A stretch of DNA of 64,000 nucleotides from Acidobacteria bacterium UBA6911. Lineage in GTDB: Bacteria; Acidobacteriota; UBA6911; RPQK01; JAJDTT01. The stretch is from NCBI GenBank assembly GCA_963579905.1, contig CAUZIZ010000003.1:3249-67248 (forward strand). The letters run 5' to 3'. This document shows, piece by piece, positions 10,835 to 19,845 of the stretch (the first letter of the stretch is position 1; every line of letters begins with the position of its first letter). The position numbers and the translations under genes are program-made. Below the pieces are notes generated by a model that had not been told where the DNA came from, did not search any database, and was given only the letters and a program-made list of their open reading frames with translations.

Positions 10835-12565
10835 TTGTCTAAGATGAGTATGAGTGCAGAGTCGAACCTGACGCGACGCCGCTTTCTCAGATCCGCTGCG
10901 CTGAGCACTGTCCTCATGGGTAGCTACATGAGTAGTCCTGCCCTGGGACCCCAGCGAAGGCCAGGGGATGGGCACACCGTCCTCGCCGGTACCAAACGGA
11001 TCCTGTTCTTCGACGACTCCATGATCGAGAGCTTGAAGAGCGCCCGATTCGCGTTGAACACTGCAGTCAAGGTATCGAACAACCCGGTGATCAAGAGTGA
11101 CCGTCCCTGGGAGGGGAACACGATTGCTGAAGCAACCGTGTTCTACGACCAGAATCTGAAACTCTTCAGGATGTGGTATCCAGTCTATGACTACCACCCG
11201 CCAATTCCTCCAGCAGAAGAGCCGGTTCCGCAAAACCAGCCGGGAGTCGCCGATATCGCGAGCGAAAGGAAAAGATGCACCGCCTGCTATCCCATCTCTG
11301 AGGATGGATACCACTGGGAAAAACCCTCTCTCGGATTCCTCGAGTTCCAGGGTTCGAAGGCGAACAACATCCTGATGGCGAGCAGTCTGAAGAGCCGTTC
11401 CCACTTCAGTACTGCCCATCTCTTCCGGGATCCTGTGGAAGAGAATCCCGACAAGAAATACAAAGGGCTGAAGTCGAACATGATTCGGGGGCCGGGCGAG
11501 CAGGAAAGGATGACCATTGACCTTTACTACTCGGGCGATGGCTTCAACTGGGAACCCTACGAGAAGAATCCTGTCTATGATCTGAAAAGGTTTGGGAGCT
11601 GGGGTCCGACATCGTTCATGGGGTGGGACCCGATCCGCAGAGTCTATGCCGTCTACATGGAAAACTGCGGCCACCAGCGCTGTCCCGTCGGGAAGCGGCT
11701 CATAGGCCGGGCTGAAAGCCCGGATATGATCGACTGGAGCGAATCTGAGACGATCCTGGTTCCAGACGAGGCAGACGGTCCTGATACCGAGCTCTACGCC
11801 ATGCACCCCTGTGTCTACGGAGACTACTATGTGGGCATGCTCTGGATCTTCAACAAGACTCAGCAGGCACACTATCTGCAGTTCGTTTTCGGTCGCGACG
11901 GAATCCGCTTCGACCGCCGGTACAGGGAGCCCTTCATCGTCCCTGGCGTCACTCCCGCGTTCGACTCGAGTTCAATCCTTCCCCTCAAGCCTATCGTTCA
12001 CAAAAACGAAATCTTCATCTACTACATCGGGGCCAACTACAGAACCCGGCAGCAGTTCGACGCCCTGGGCGAAGAGAAGGCCCGTTGGTCGATCGGATTA
12101 GCGGTTGTTCCCAGGGACCGGTTCGTGTGTCTGTTCGGCGACGAGGGTGAAAGGGGAGAGGTCGTCACGCGTACCTTGAGGTTTTCGGGGAACAGGTTGC
12201 ACGTGAATATGGAGGTGGCTGGCGCTGGTCCTGGCGATTTGAGGGTGGATGTCCTTGATCCCGCATATTTCCCGCTGCCGGAGTATACCCTGAAGGATGC
12301 CGACGCACTTCCCAGAGGCGGCCTCGACAGCGTGGTGACTTGGAATGGAAACCCTGACATCAGCGCACTTGTCGGGAGGCCGATAAAACTGAGGTTCTAC
12401 CTCAGGAACGCTAGACTCCGTTCTCTTTTAGGGTTCTTCCTGGGAACTCGGACGACGGCGGCGGGGACGATCTCGTGTGATCAGTCAGGTATCCTTGTTT
12501 CTTCGCCAGCTATAATAAAAAAGCACATGGAGTCCGTTCGCTCTTCGCGGCTTCAGTACTCATAG
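10835..12565 (+). CDS. GH130-like (DUF377) 5-bladed beta-propeller glycosidase/phosphorylase-family protein with a TAT signal.
   Basis: The twin-arginine signal is RRRFLRSAALS. The N-terminal pattern NPVIKSDRPWEGNTIAEATVFYDQNLKLFRMWY matches the NPIL..WE..VFN..L.YRA signature of GH130. Repeated S-x-DG-x-x-W blocks and an FRDP motif are present. Confidence 0.7.
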   Translation: MSKMSMSAESNLTRRRFLRSAALSTVLMGSYMSSPALGPQRRPGDGHTVLAGTKRILFFDDSMIESLKSARFALNTAVKVSNNPVIKSDRPWEGNTIAEATVFYDQNLKLFRMWYPVYDYHPPIPPAEEPVPQNQPGVADIASERKRCTACYPISEDGYHWEKPSLGFLEFQGSKANNILMASSLKSRSHFSTAHLFRDPVEENPDKKYKGLKSNMIRGPGEQERMTIDLYYSGDGFNWEPYEKNPVYDLKRFGSWGPTSFMGWDPIRRVYAVYMENCGHQRCPVGKRLIGRAESPDMIDWSESETILVPDEADGPDTELYAMHPCVYGDYYVGMLWIFNKTQQAHYLQFVFGRDGIRFDRRYREPFIVPGVTPAFDSSSILPLKPIVHKNEIFIYYIGANYRTRQQFDALGEEKARWSIGLAVVPRDRFVCLFGDEGERGEVVTRTLRFSGNRLHVNMEVAGAGPGDLRVDVLDPAYFPLPEYTLKDADALPRGGLDSVVTWNGNPDISALVGRPIKLRFYLRNARLRSLLGFFLGTRTTAAGTISCDQSGILVSSPAIIKKHMESVRSSRLQYS

Positions 12566-12577
12566 GTCAGTAGCTGC

Positions 12578-12806
12578 CCAGCGGTGCTGCCCCATTCGAG
12601 AAAGAAACTTCCGGCTACTGGGGATTTGTGCGTCACTGCGTGGGGAAGAGTTGTCCAGCTCTCCTCGGAACTTGGCCTCATGTTGCTAACGGCTCAAGTC
12701 GTTCGCAGCTCTGTCGAACTTGGCTTCGTAACGCTGGTAGTTCACCCGTTGGCGGCACCTTCGGAGGACAGGAGACGTGCGACGTATTCTTGAAGTTTCG
12801 GCTTAG
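12578..12806 (+). repeat. Copy A of a ~220-bp noncoding repeat family. Other copies are at 40762..40981 (+), 54155..54326 (-) and a partial copy at 29447..29520 (+).
   Basis: Nucleotide identity with the other copies is roughly 85% (core ...cgtcactgcgtgggRaagagttgtccRgctctctcctcggaacYtggYctcatgYtgctaacggctcaagtcgttcgcRgctctgWcgRacttgSc...). The overlapping small ORFs differ by indels between copies, so the element is not protein-coding. Confidence 0.7.
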
Positions 12807-13374
12807 CCCCGCCACCGGCTGCGCTGGATCGTACATGAAAGAAACTGGTGCCCCCAGGACAGGCGGTGCAGAAAGGTTGTATAATCTTTCTATGAGTCTT
12901 CTGGGACGAGGGTTGGCTTGGACGCATCTAGTGGTGTTCGGTGCAACCATATCCTGTGCCCTGGCGTGTCCGCAGTTTGAGGTGAGTGAGGCAGCATCCT
13001 GTTCGGAACCTCAGTCGAGTAGCTGCTGTACGTACCCTATAGAGGGCAAGTGTCTTGGGTGTGTCGACACCAATTTCTTCGAACCAAGCAAGCATACTAC
13101 GCTGGCTGCGCCCCTTCCCTCAGACTACACTCGCGTCAATCTAACCGAGAACAATCTTCCCGAGCCACCTTTTCAGTCAGCGTCCTTTGTTATAGCCAAA
13201 TCCATTTTTCTCACAAACAGCGCTTTCCTGATTTAGTCTCTCCGCCCTTCCGTCATTTCCGTTTGATTGCGGCGATATCTCCTTCGCCAAAATTGTTCGA
13301 CCTACAGCTGTCCCATGCGGCCGTCCTTGCACGGTGGCACCGGTTGCGGGGACATGAAGAGAGGGATCAATCTT

Positions 13375-14043
13375 ATGAACAGATTGCTCTTAAGAGTTGT
13401 CATGGTTGCGATCGGGCTTGCTGGACAGGCGAGAGCCGCGGCTCCGTCCGACTCCGCGATGGAGTTTTCCCTGGCAGGCATGTCCTGTGCTACCTGTGTG
13501 AACCCTGCCACCAAGACTCTGGGCGACATTTCGGGAGTTCTCGACGTCCAGATAGACTTTGATTCGAAGAGAACCATCGTCAAGGCCAAACGAGAAATCT
13601 CAAGGGATGAGATTCAGGGAGCTCTGAAGGAGCTGGGCTTCGAGGCCCATTTCCCCGGCGATCCCGTAGCTGAAGCTCTTTCCGAAATAGAAAGGGCTGG
13701 CCTAGATATTGAAACAGCTTCCGATGGAGAAGCCCTGAGGATCAGCGATCACTTGGCTTCGGGCAGGATCACCATCTTTGACTATTACGCGGATTGGTGT
13801 GGGCCCTGCCACCTTCTTAGTCCCAAGCTTGAGCGCCTGGTCCTGAAGTACCAGAACCTGGCCCTTCGCAAGGTGGACATCAAGGATTGGGAGTCCGAGG
13901 TGGGGAAGCAAGCTACCAAGGAATTCGGGCTGCCGGGTCTCCCCTATGTCCGTATATATGGCCCGAAGGGAAAACTCCTTGGAACCGTACACGGTAATCG
14001 CATTGAAGAAGTAGAAGAAATTATCAGAAGGAGCCTCAAATGA
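13375..14043 (+). CDS. Secreted heavy-metal-associated (HMA, GMSCATC) domain fused to a thioredoxin (WCGPC) domain.
   Basis: ORF 13267..14043. The probable start is ATG 13375 (MNRLLLRVVMVAIGLAGQARA signal peptide). HMA motif GMSCATC. Thioredoxin active site YYADWCGPCHLLSPK. Confidence 0.75.
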   Translation: MNRLLLRVVMVAIGLAGQARAAAPSDSAMEFSLAGMSCATCVNPATKTLGDISGVLDVQIDFDSKRTIVKAKREISRDEIQGALKELGFEAHFPGDPVAEALSEIERAGLDIETASDGEALRISDHLASGRITIFDYYADWCGPCHLLSPKLERLVLKYQNLALRKVDIKDWESEVGKQATKEFGLPGLPYVRIYGPKGKLLGTVHGNRIEEVEEIIRRSLK

Positions 14044-15074
14044 ATGGCCTCCGCGAGGTTGTATTTGTCTGGGCGATTGTCGCAGTCTTTGTGACTCCGG
14101 TTTTCGGCCAGAGTTGACCGGCCTGAAGCAATCCCTCCATTCCGCGGGGGGTGGGAGCCGGTTCGGTTCTCGATAGGGGTTCGTTTCGCTTCTCTCTCAA
14201 CACCGCCCGAGGGTATGGGTTTGAGGGAAGTCACCCGGAGACGAAGGGCCTGGATAGCAACGGCCAGATCGTGAGTGTTCCTCTACACCGGCATGAAGTG
14301 TCCCTGGACTATCTGCGCCTCGAGCTGGAATTTGAGTACGCTCTCACGGATCGTTGGACCCTTGCACTACGGGTCCCCTACGACATCAAAGACCAAAGGG
14401 CAGATGTGGAATCCACTGAGCCTGTGAGCCCCCAAGAAAAACAACAGATCTTGGATAACGGGTATATCCACCACCGGCCTAAAAGGTATCGAGGCCTCAG
14501 CGACCTGATGCTCTTGGCTACACATCGGAAAGAAGCTCTTTTCCGCGAGGGTGATTCCCTGGGTCTCTCACTAGGCACAACACTGCCAACCGGTACGACG
14601 GAGGAAGATCCTTTTGAACTTGGAGACAGCGGTCTGAAGCACCTCCACATCCAATTCGGCACGGGAACCTTTGACCCACTTCTGGAGCTTAACTACTCGA
14701 TGCCGGTGGCTGGAAAACTTGGACTAGGGGCTTATGCTCTTGCCCGTTTCCCAGTTTACGAAAACAGCAAGACCTATCAGGGACCAGCGGAGATCACGTC
14801 TGGTGTACTTCTTGGGTACAGCCTCAATAGGCGCATTTCGCTTCACGTGAACGGCTCTGCCTATTATCAGAGTTTCGCGTATTGGGATCGTGAGAGAGAT
14901 ATCAACTCCGGTCTGGTAGCCATGAGTAGCATGTTCGGAATAGCTGTCGAGGCGTGGGAGCACACGACACTGGGCCTGGATTTGAGGTATCCCTTATCCC
15001 AAAGGATTCGCTCGAATGGTGATGCTTTCAAGCAGGGTCCGACCTTGCTCTTTAGAATCGCGTGGGAGATGTGA
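14040..15074 (+). pseudogene. Putative outer-membrane beta-barrel protein. A signal-peptide mini-ORF (14040..14117) is in frame with the barrel ORF (14151..15074) but separated by two TGA codons.
   Basis: Translation of 14040.. gives MNGLREVVFVWAIVAVFVTPVFGQS*PA*SNPSIPRG then VGAGSVLDRGSFRF.... The barrel ORF has alternating amphipathic strands and ends ...LLFRIAWEM. The ATG overlaps the stop of the upstream HMA-Trx gene. Confidence 0.4.
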
Positions 15075-15117
15075 GCCTGGGCTTTCTCCTACTCTTGGCG
15101 GTCTTTTGCAGACGCTC

Positions 15118-15834
15118 TCGATGTCCGACGATTGGCCGAGTTTCAGTTTGGACATAGCCTGTCTCGAAACCGCACAGAATGGCACCTTGAATGTTGGGGA
15201 GGATGGCCTATGGATAGTCTCGAATACGTTATCAGGGATGACTTCCAGATTTACAAGTCAGGGGGAATTCTGATCTCGCTTGTCGGGATGGATCTCTCGC
15301 AGGACGCGATCGTACACGCACAGAGGAAGCGGCAAGAGCTGGTCTCGAAAACGTCCAGTTTGTGGAAGCCGATCTCAGCGAGTTCGATAGAACCGTCGAG
15401 CCCGGATCCTTCAACTTTGTCACAGCCTTTGATGCCATCCACGATCAGGCCATGTCCTCAGGGGTATTCATCGGGCGTTGAGGCCAGACGGAGTCTACCT
15501 GATGCAGGACATCAGCGGATCCAGCCACGTCCACAAGGATATCGAGCATCCCATCGGGCCGCTACTCTATACGATTTCCTGTATGCACTGCATGACGGTG
15601 TCCCTGGCACAGGGAGGAGAAGGTCTAGGTGCGGTGTGGGGTGAGGAGAAAGCGCGCGAATACCTCCCAGAAGCCCGATTTTCTCTCTATCACGACACAC
15701 CGCCTTGCACACGACATCCAGAACAACTGGTACGTGGTGACGAAGTGAGCCCAGATCTCCTGCGGGTTCCCCTTACGGGGGTGGAAACCCCTCGCCTTCA
15801 GGAGAAGAGAGGGTCCCCGGAGAGTACCGAGTGA
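15118..15834 (+). pseudogene. Class I SAM-dependent methyltransferase disrupted by at least 3 frameshifts.
   Basis: MTase blocks are split over three frames. Motif-I-like TLNVGEDGLW is in the frame of ORF 15016. GILISLVGMDLSQDAIVHAQRKRQELV is in the frame of ORF 15132. [36 protein letters not shown] is in a third frame. [16 protein letters not shown] is in ORF 15478. Junctions coincide with short G and T runs. Confidence 0.55.
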
Positions 15835-16201
15835 CGGGCAGGGTGGTGGAACGAATCGGGAAAAGGTCTTCTCCCGCTGCCCTTCGAATTCGCCCGTTCG
15901 ATATTCTGCGGTTCATCATTTGGCAGTTGCCTCCTCCAGAGTAAGAAAGGCTAAATCGCAAACCGCAGAACGCCGAACATGCGAAGACCAAAGTGGGGCC
16001 GAGTACTGGCCGCCAAGAGCTAATTTGAAAATGCTCTGCTGTCCTTTGTGGTCATCTGTTACCATCTCAGGAATCGGCGGAGAGACAGGCCATGAGTACC
16101 GTGCAGATCAGCGCTCCCAGCGACCCAGGTTTGAAAGCGGCCCCCGGTTCTCGCCGCTCGCACTGGATTGTGGCGTGCTGTAGGTCCTGGGCGCCGAGGA
16201 C

Positions 16202-17251
16202 TTGGCTGCCGCGCAGACTCCTGGTACGGGGTGGGGGCGACGAGTGAAGCCGATTTACCTCGCGTTCCTCGGATGCGGGCACATCACCCAGGTACACAGT
16301 CGACATCTGCACAAGATGCGGGGCGACATCGTTTGTAGCTATGCCAGTCGTGACCCGGCGCGCGCAGCCGAGTATCAACTTCGGTTCGGCGGTCTGGGTC
16401 ACTATGCGGGCTACGACGAGGCACTTCGTGATCCTTTGGTCGACGCCGTCGTGGTCGCGGTGCCGACTCGCTATCACCTTGAACTCGCCTTGCAGGCGCT
16501 TGAAATGGGTAAGCATGTCCTAGTGGAAAAGCCCGCATTTCCGCTACTCGACGATTACCAAACCGTCATCGAGGCCCGCGCTCGGGCCGGTCGCGTTGTG
16601 CTCGTCGGCGAAAACGATCACTACAAGCCGCTTCGCGTCGAGCTTCGCCGACTTCTGGCCAGTGGCGTGATTGGAGAATTGGTGTTCGGTCACTTCGTGA
16701 CGATCATGAAGAAGCCCAAATCAGCGGACGACTGGCGCAACGATGAGAAGATGGCCGGCGGCGACGCATTCTTCGAGGAAGGAATTCACTGGCTGCACAT
16801 GGCTGGAAGCCTGGGGCCCGAAATCCGCACCATCCACGGGTACCGGCCACTACCGTCCAAGAAGGGACCGCTGCAGGGCGACGCGCGGCGCAAGAGCATG
16901 CTGGTAGCGTTCCAATACGACAACGGCGCGGCGGGCGCCCTGTATTACTCGCGCGAGATTCCGTCGCTGCTCCGCGGGCTTCGCTTGTCGAGGCTTTTCG
17001 GCCGCGAAGGCATCATCACCTTCGAGTCCAACGGTATGTTCATTCTGGTGCGCGGTGGGCATCTACCCCGCTTCAGTCTGCTACCCGGTTTCCGCGACAT
17101 CCGCGGATATCGCGCCATGTATCGCGACTTTGTCAGCGCGATCAGGAACGAGCACACGCCGGAGATGAGTCTCGAGCGAGCGCGGGAGGACCACCGATTG
17201 ATGGACGCGGTGTACGCGACCGTGGATTCCATGGAGCCCGCTCGCCCGTGA
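16202..17251 (+). CDS. Gfo/Idh/MocA family NAD(P)-dependent oxidoreductase.
   Basis: Rossmann N-terminus IYLAFLGCGHI. Family motif VPTRYHLELALQALEMGKHVLVEKP. The likely start is GTG 16244. The stop overlaps the next gene (ATGA). Confidence 0.85.
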   Translation: MAAAQTPGTGWGRRVKPIYLAFLGCGHITQVHSRHLHKMRGDIVCSYASRDPARAAEYQLRFGGLGHYAGYDEALRDPLVDAVVVAVPTRYHLELALQALEMGKHVLVEKPAFPLLDDYQTVIEARARAGRVVLVGENDHYKPLRVELRRLLASGVIGELVFGHFVTIMKKPKSADDWRNDEKMAGGDAFFEEGIHWLHMAGSLGPEIRTIHGYRPLPSKKGPLQGDARRKSMLVAFQYDNGAAGALYYSREIPSLLRGLRLSRLFGREGIITFESNGMFILVRGGHLPRFSLLPGFRDIRGYRAMYRDFVSAIRNEHTPEMSLERAREDHRLMDAVYATVDSMEPARP

Positions 17252-18768
17252 CCGAACGCTTCGACATCGTCATCATCGGCAGCGGCGTCGGAGGCGGCAC
17301 GCTCGCACACACCCTAGCGGACACGGGGGCGCGTATCCTCATTGTCGAACGCGGCGACTTTATTCCTCAGGAGGACAAGAACTGGAGTCCGCACGCGGTA
17401 TGGGGCGAGCTCCGGTATCGAACCTCTGAGCGCTGGCTCGACGGGCACGGTCAGGAATTCCTTCCGTACACACATTATTGTGTCGGCGGCAACTCGAAGT
17501 TCTGGGGGGCTGTGCTATACCGGCTACGGCGCGAGGACTTCAGCGAGCTCCAGCACCTGGGAGGAGTCTCACCGGCATGGCCCATTACCTATGAGACACT
17601 CGCGCCCTACTACGACCGTGCCGAGCGGCTCTATAGCGTGCACGGCGAGAACGGATCCGATCCGACCGAGCCGCCGCGGGAACCCTTTCCGCACCCACCC
17701 ATCGAGCACCAGGGGCGCATCGCCCTGATCGTCGAGCGGCTGCGCGCGCTCGGGTTACACCCGTCGCACCTGCCCCTGGGGTTGCTGCGCCCCGGCGAAC
17801 CCGACGGCTGCATTCTCTGCGACACCTGCAATTCGTATCCTTGCAAATTACGGGCGAAGAGCGACGCCGACGTCTGCTCGGTATCACCCGCACTCGAGCG
17901 CGACGCCGTCACGCTGTGGACGAATTCCTATGTGGGGCGCCTCGTCACCAACGGAAGCGGCGACAAGGTTCTTGCGGCGGAGGTCACCCGCGAAGGGCAG
18001 CCAGTGCGCGTCGAGGCCCCACTTTTCGTCGTCGCGTGCGGCGCGGTGAATTCTGCCGCACTTCTCCTGCGCTCGGCGAGCAGCGTGCATCGTGACGGCC
18101 TGGCGAACTCGTCGGGGCTCGTTGGGCGCAACTATATGGCTCACCTCGTCACCATGCTCGGCGCGCTCATGCCGCCCCGCCACGACACGGTGTTTCAGAA
18201 GACCGTAGCGATCAACGACTTCTACCTGCGCGGTCCCCGGGCCGACTACCCCCTCGGACAGGTTCAGTCGCAAGGACGTTCGCACGCCGCCATAGCCAAG
18301 GCCGCTGGCCCCCCGGGGTCTAGCAGGGTGCCCACCTGGGTGTACGACGCCTGGTTTGCCCGCGGCGTCGAGTGGTTGGCAATGAGCGAGGACTTACCCC
18401 GACCCGACAATCGCGTGACTCTCACCAGCGACGGGCGTGTTCAGCTTCAACGGATGGCTTCCAACGCAGAGGCACACCGCGAGCTCGTCACCGTCACCCG
18501 GCGTCTGCTCCGCAAGGTGGGAGCCTGGTACGTCGCGAGGATCCCGCTGGGCGTCTTCAATACCACGCACCAATGCGGCACGGCGGTCTTCGGTGCCGAC
18601 CCCAAGACATCGGTGCTCGATACCTGGTGCCGGTCGCACGACGTCGACAATCTGTTCGTCGTGGACGCATCGTTTTTCCCGTCCTCGGCCTCGGTGAATC
18701 CGGCGCTCACGATCGCCGCGCAGGCGCTGCGGGCGGCGGACCATATCAAGGAAACTCATCTGAAGTAG
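17248..18768 (+). CDS. GMC-family FAD-dependent oxidoreductase.
   Basis: N-terminal FAD fold DIVIIGSGVGGGTLAHTLADTGARILIVERGD. C-terminal GMC block NPALTIAAQALRAADHI. It overlaps the upstream gene by 4 bp. Confidence 0.85.
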   Translation: MTERFDIVIIGSGVGGGTLAHTLADTGARILIVERGDFIPQEDKNWSPHAVWGELRYRTSERWLDGHGQEFLPYTHYCVGGNSKFWGAVLYRLRREDFSELQHLGGVSPAWPITYETLAPYYDRAERLYSVHGENGSDPTEPPREPFPHPPIEHQGRIALIVERLRALGLHPSHLPLGLLRPGEPDGCILCDTCNSYPCKLRAKSDADVCSVSPALERDAVTLWTNSYVGRLVTNGSGDKVLAAEVTREGQPVRVEAPLFVVACGAVNSAALLLRSASSVHRDGLANSSGLVGRNYMAHLVTMLGALMPPRHDTVFQKTVAINDFYLRGPRADYPLGQVQSQGRSHAAIAKAAGPPGSSRVPTWVYDAWFARGVEWLAMSEDLPRPDNRVTLTSDGRVQLQRMASNAEAHRELVTVTRRLLRKVGAWYVARIPLGVFNTTHQCGTAVFGADPKTSVLDTWCRSHDVDNLFVVDASFFPSSASVNPALTIAAQALRAADHIKETHLK

Positions 18769-18778
18769 GCAGGAACGT

Positions 18779-19300
18779 ATGAAGGCACGATCGTTTAGTC
18801 ACACAGGCGTCACGGTGGCCGACTTCGACAGGTTTGTTCAGTTCTACGCCGAGCACTTCGGCTGCCGCCTCGTCGCTGTCGGAGAAAGCGACCCGGCGTG
18901 GGTGCGCGGGTTCTTCGGAGTCGACGCCGAAGAGCCGCGGTGCAGGATCGGGTGGCTGCGAACACCGGGTGGCGGCATGCTCGAGATCTTCGAGTTCACT
19001 CCGCAACAACCGGCGCAGGAAGTGGCATGGAGCCGCGTGGGTTTGACGCACATCAGCTTCGACGTGAAGAATTCCTACAAATGGCACGACCACCTGGTGA
19101 AAAAGGGAGTTGAGATCATCAGTGAGGTCGAGGAGTCGAAGCACGGACACACGTTCTTTTTCGCCAAGGACTGTGACGGGAACCTGATCGAGCTGATCGA
19201 CTTGAAGTACCGCTACCCACTGCTCAGATACATGGGCTGGTTAGGAGGCTGGATCTTTCGCCGCGGGATGTACAAGAAGTACTACGAGTTGCCGCCGTAG
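18779..19300 (+). CDS. VOC (glyoxalase/bleomycin-resistance/dioxygenase) family protein.
   Basis: HTGVTVADFDRFVQFYAEHFG...MLEIFEF...LTHISFDV is typical of the VOC fold. It lies 10 bp after the GMC gene. Confidence 0.8.
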   Translation: MKARSFSHTGVTVADFDRFVQFYAEHFGCRLVAVGESDPAWVRGFFGVDAEEPRCRIGWLRTPGGGMLEIFEFTPQQPAQEVAWSRVGLTHISFDVKNSYKWHDHLVKKGVEIISEVEESKHGHTFFFAKDCDGNLIELIDLKYRYPLLRYMGWLGGWIFRRGMYKKYYELPP

Positions 19301-19440
19301 CTGGAGAGTAGTTACCGAGGTGTGGGGCAATCAGGGGGAGCCGACACGATGTCGTCAGGACCGAAGGAGACTGGACCGGAGAGGAGAAGGGAAGACTCTG
19401 AGCCTTGCCAGGGTTCTCCTGAAGCCAGTCCCACTCCAAG

Positions 19441-19845
19441 CTATTGACGATCACCCTCAGGGAGTCCGCCGATTCTACACCTAGGAAAAAGACGCGCCGG
19501 CCCCGTGAGACTTGCGATGTGGCCATCGAGTTGCAACTCCACGTCGAGCTGTGCGCCCAACTCAAGGTCGCGGCCGCTACCTTCCAGAAACTCTATCAGC
19601 ATTCCTTTCATGCTGATGTTCACGACTAGCACTTCGCGTGCCTTGTTATTCTCAGTCTTCACTTTGGCCCGGAGTTCCGACTTGCCGGCCACAGGCACCC
19701 GACGAGCCCAGCGGCGCTCCCCGCTGACTATGTCAGAAAGACGCTGGACGTGTAGTTGGGGTGCGGATTCTGCGTCCTTGTAATCCTTCACGGAGGCCAG
19801 AAAAACCTGCTCCCTGTCCCGGTAGTTAAACACTACGCAACCCAC
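19441..19845 (-). CDS. PilZ-domain (c-di-GMP-binding) protein, putative.
   Basis: RxxxR-like RRWARR followed by an (D/N)xSxxG-like VVNISMKGMLIEF block. Confidence 0.45.
   Translation of the reverse strand: MGCVVFNYRDREQVFLASVKDYKDAESAPQLHVQRLSDIVSGERRWARRVPVAGKSELRAKVKTENNKAREVLVVNISMKGMLIEFLEGSGRDLELGAQLDVELQLDGHIASLTGPARLFPRCRIGGLPEGDRQ

Noticed and set aside
10454-11872. 472-aa minus-strand ORF.
   Set aside because: It is entirely antisense to the well-supported GH130-like gene 10835..12565. It has low-complexity, Arg/Pro-rich composition typical of antisense frames in GC-rich DNA.
12584-12793. Small ORFs inside the 220-bp repeat copies (12584..12793, 40716..40991, 54122..54322 minus) as a conserved small protein.
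   Set aside because: Copies differ by single-base indels that change the reading frame between copies (compare ...GDLCVTAWGRVVQLSSELGL... with ...GKIVRHCVGKSCPALSSEPGL...). Conservation is therefore at DNA/RNA level, not protein level.
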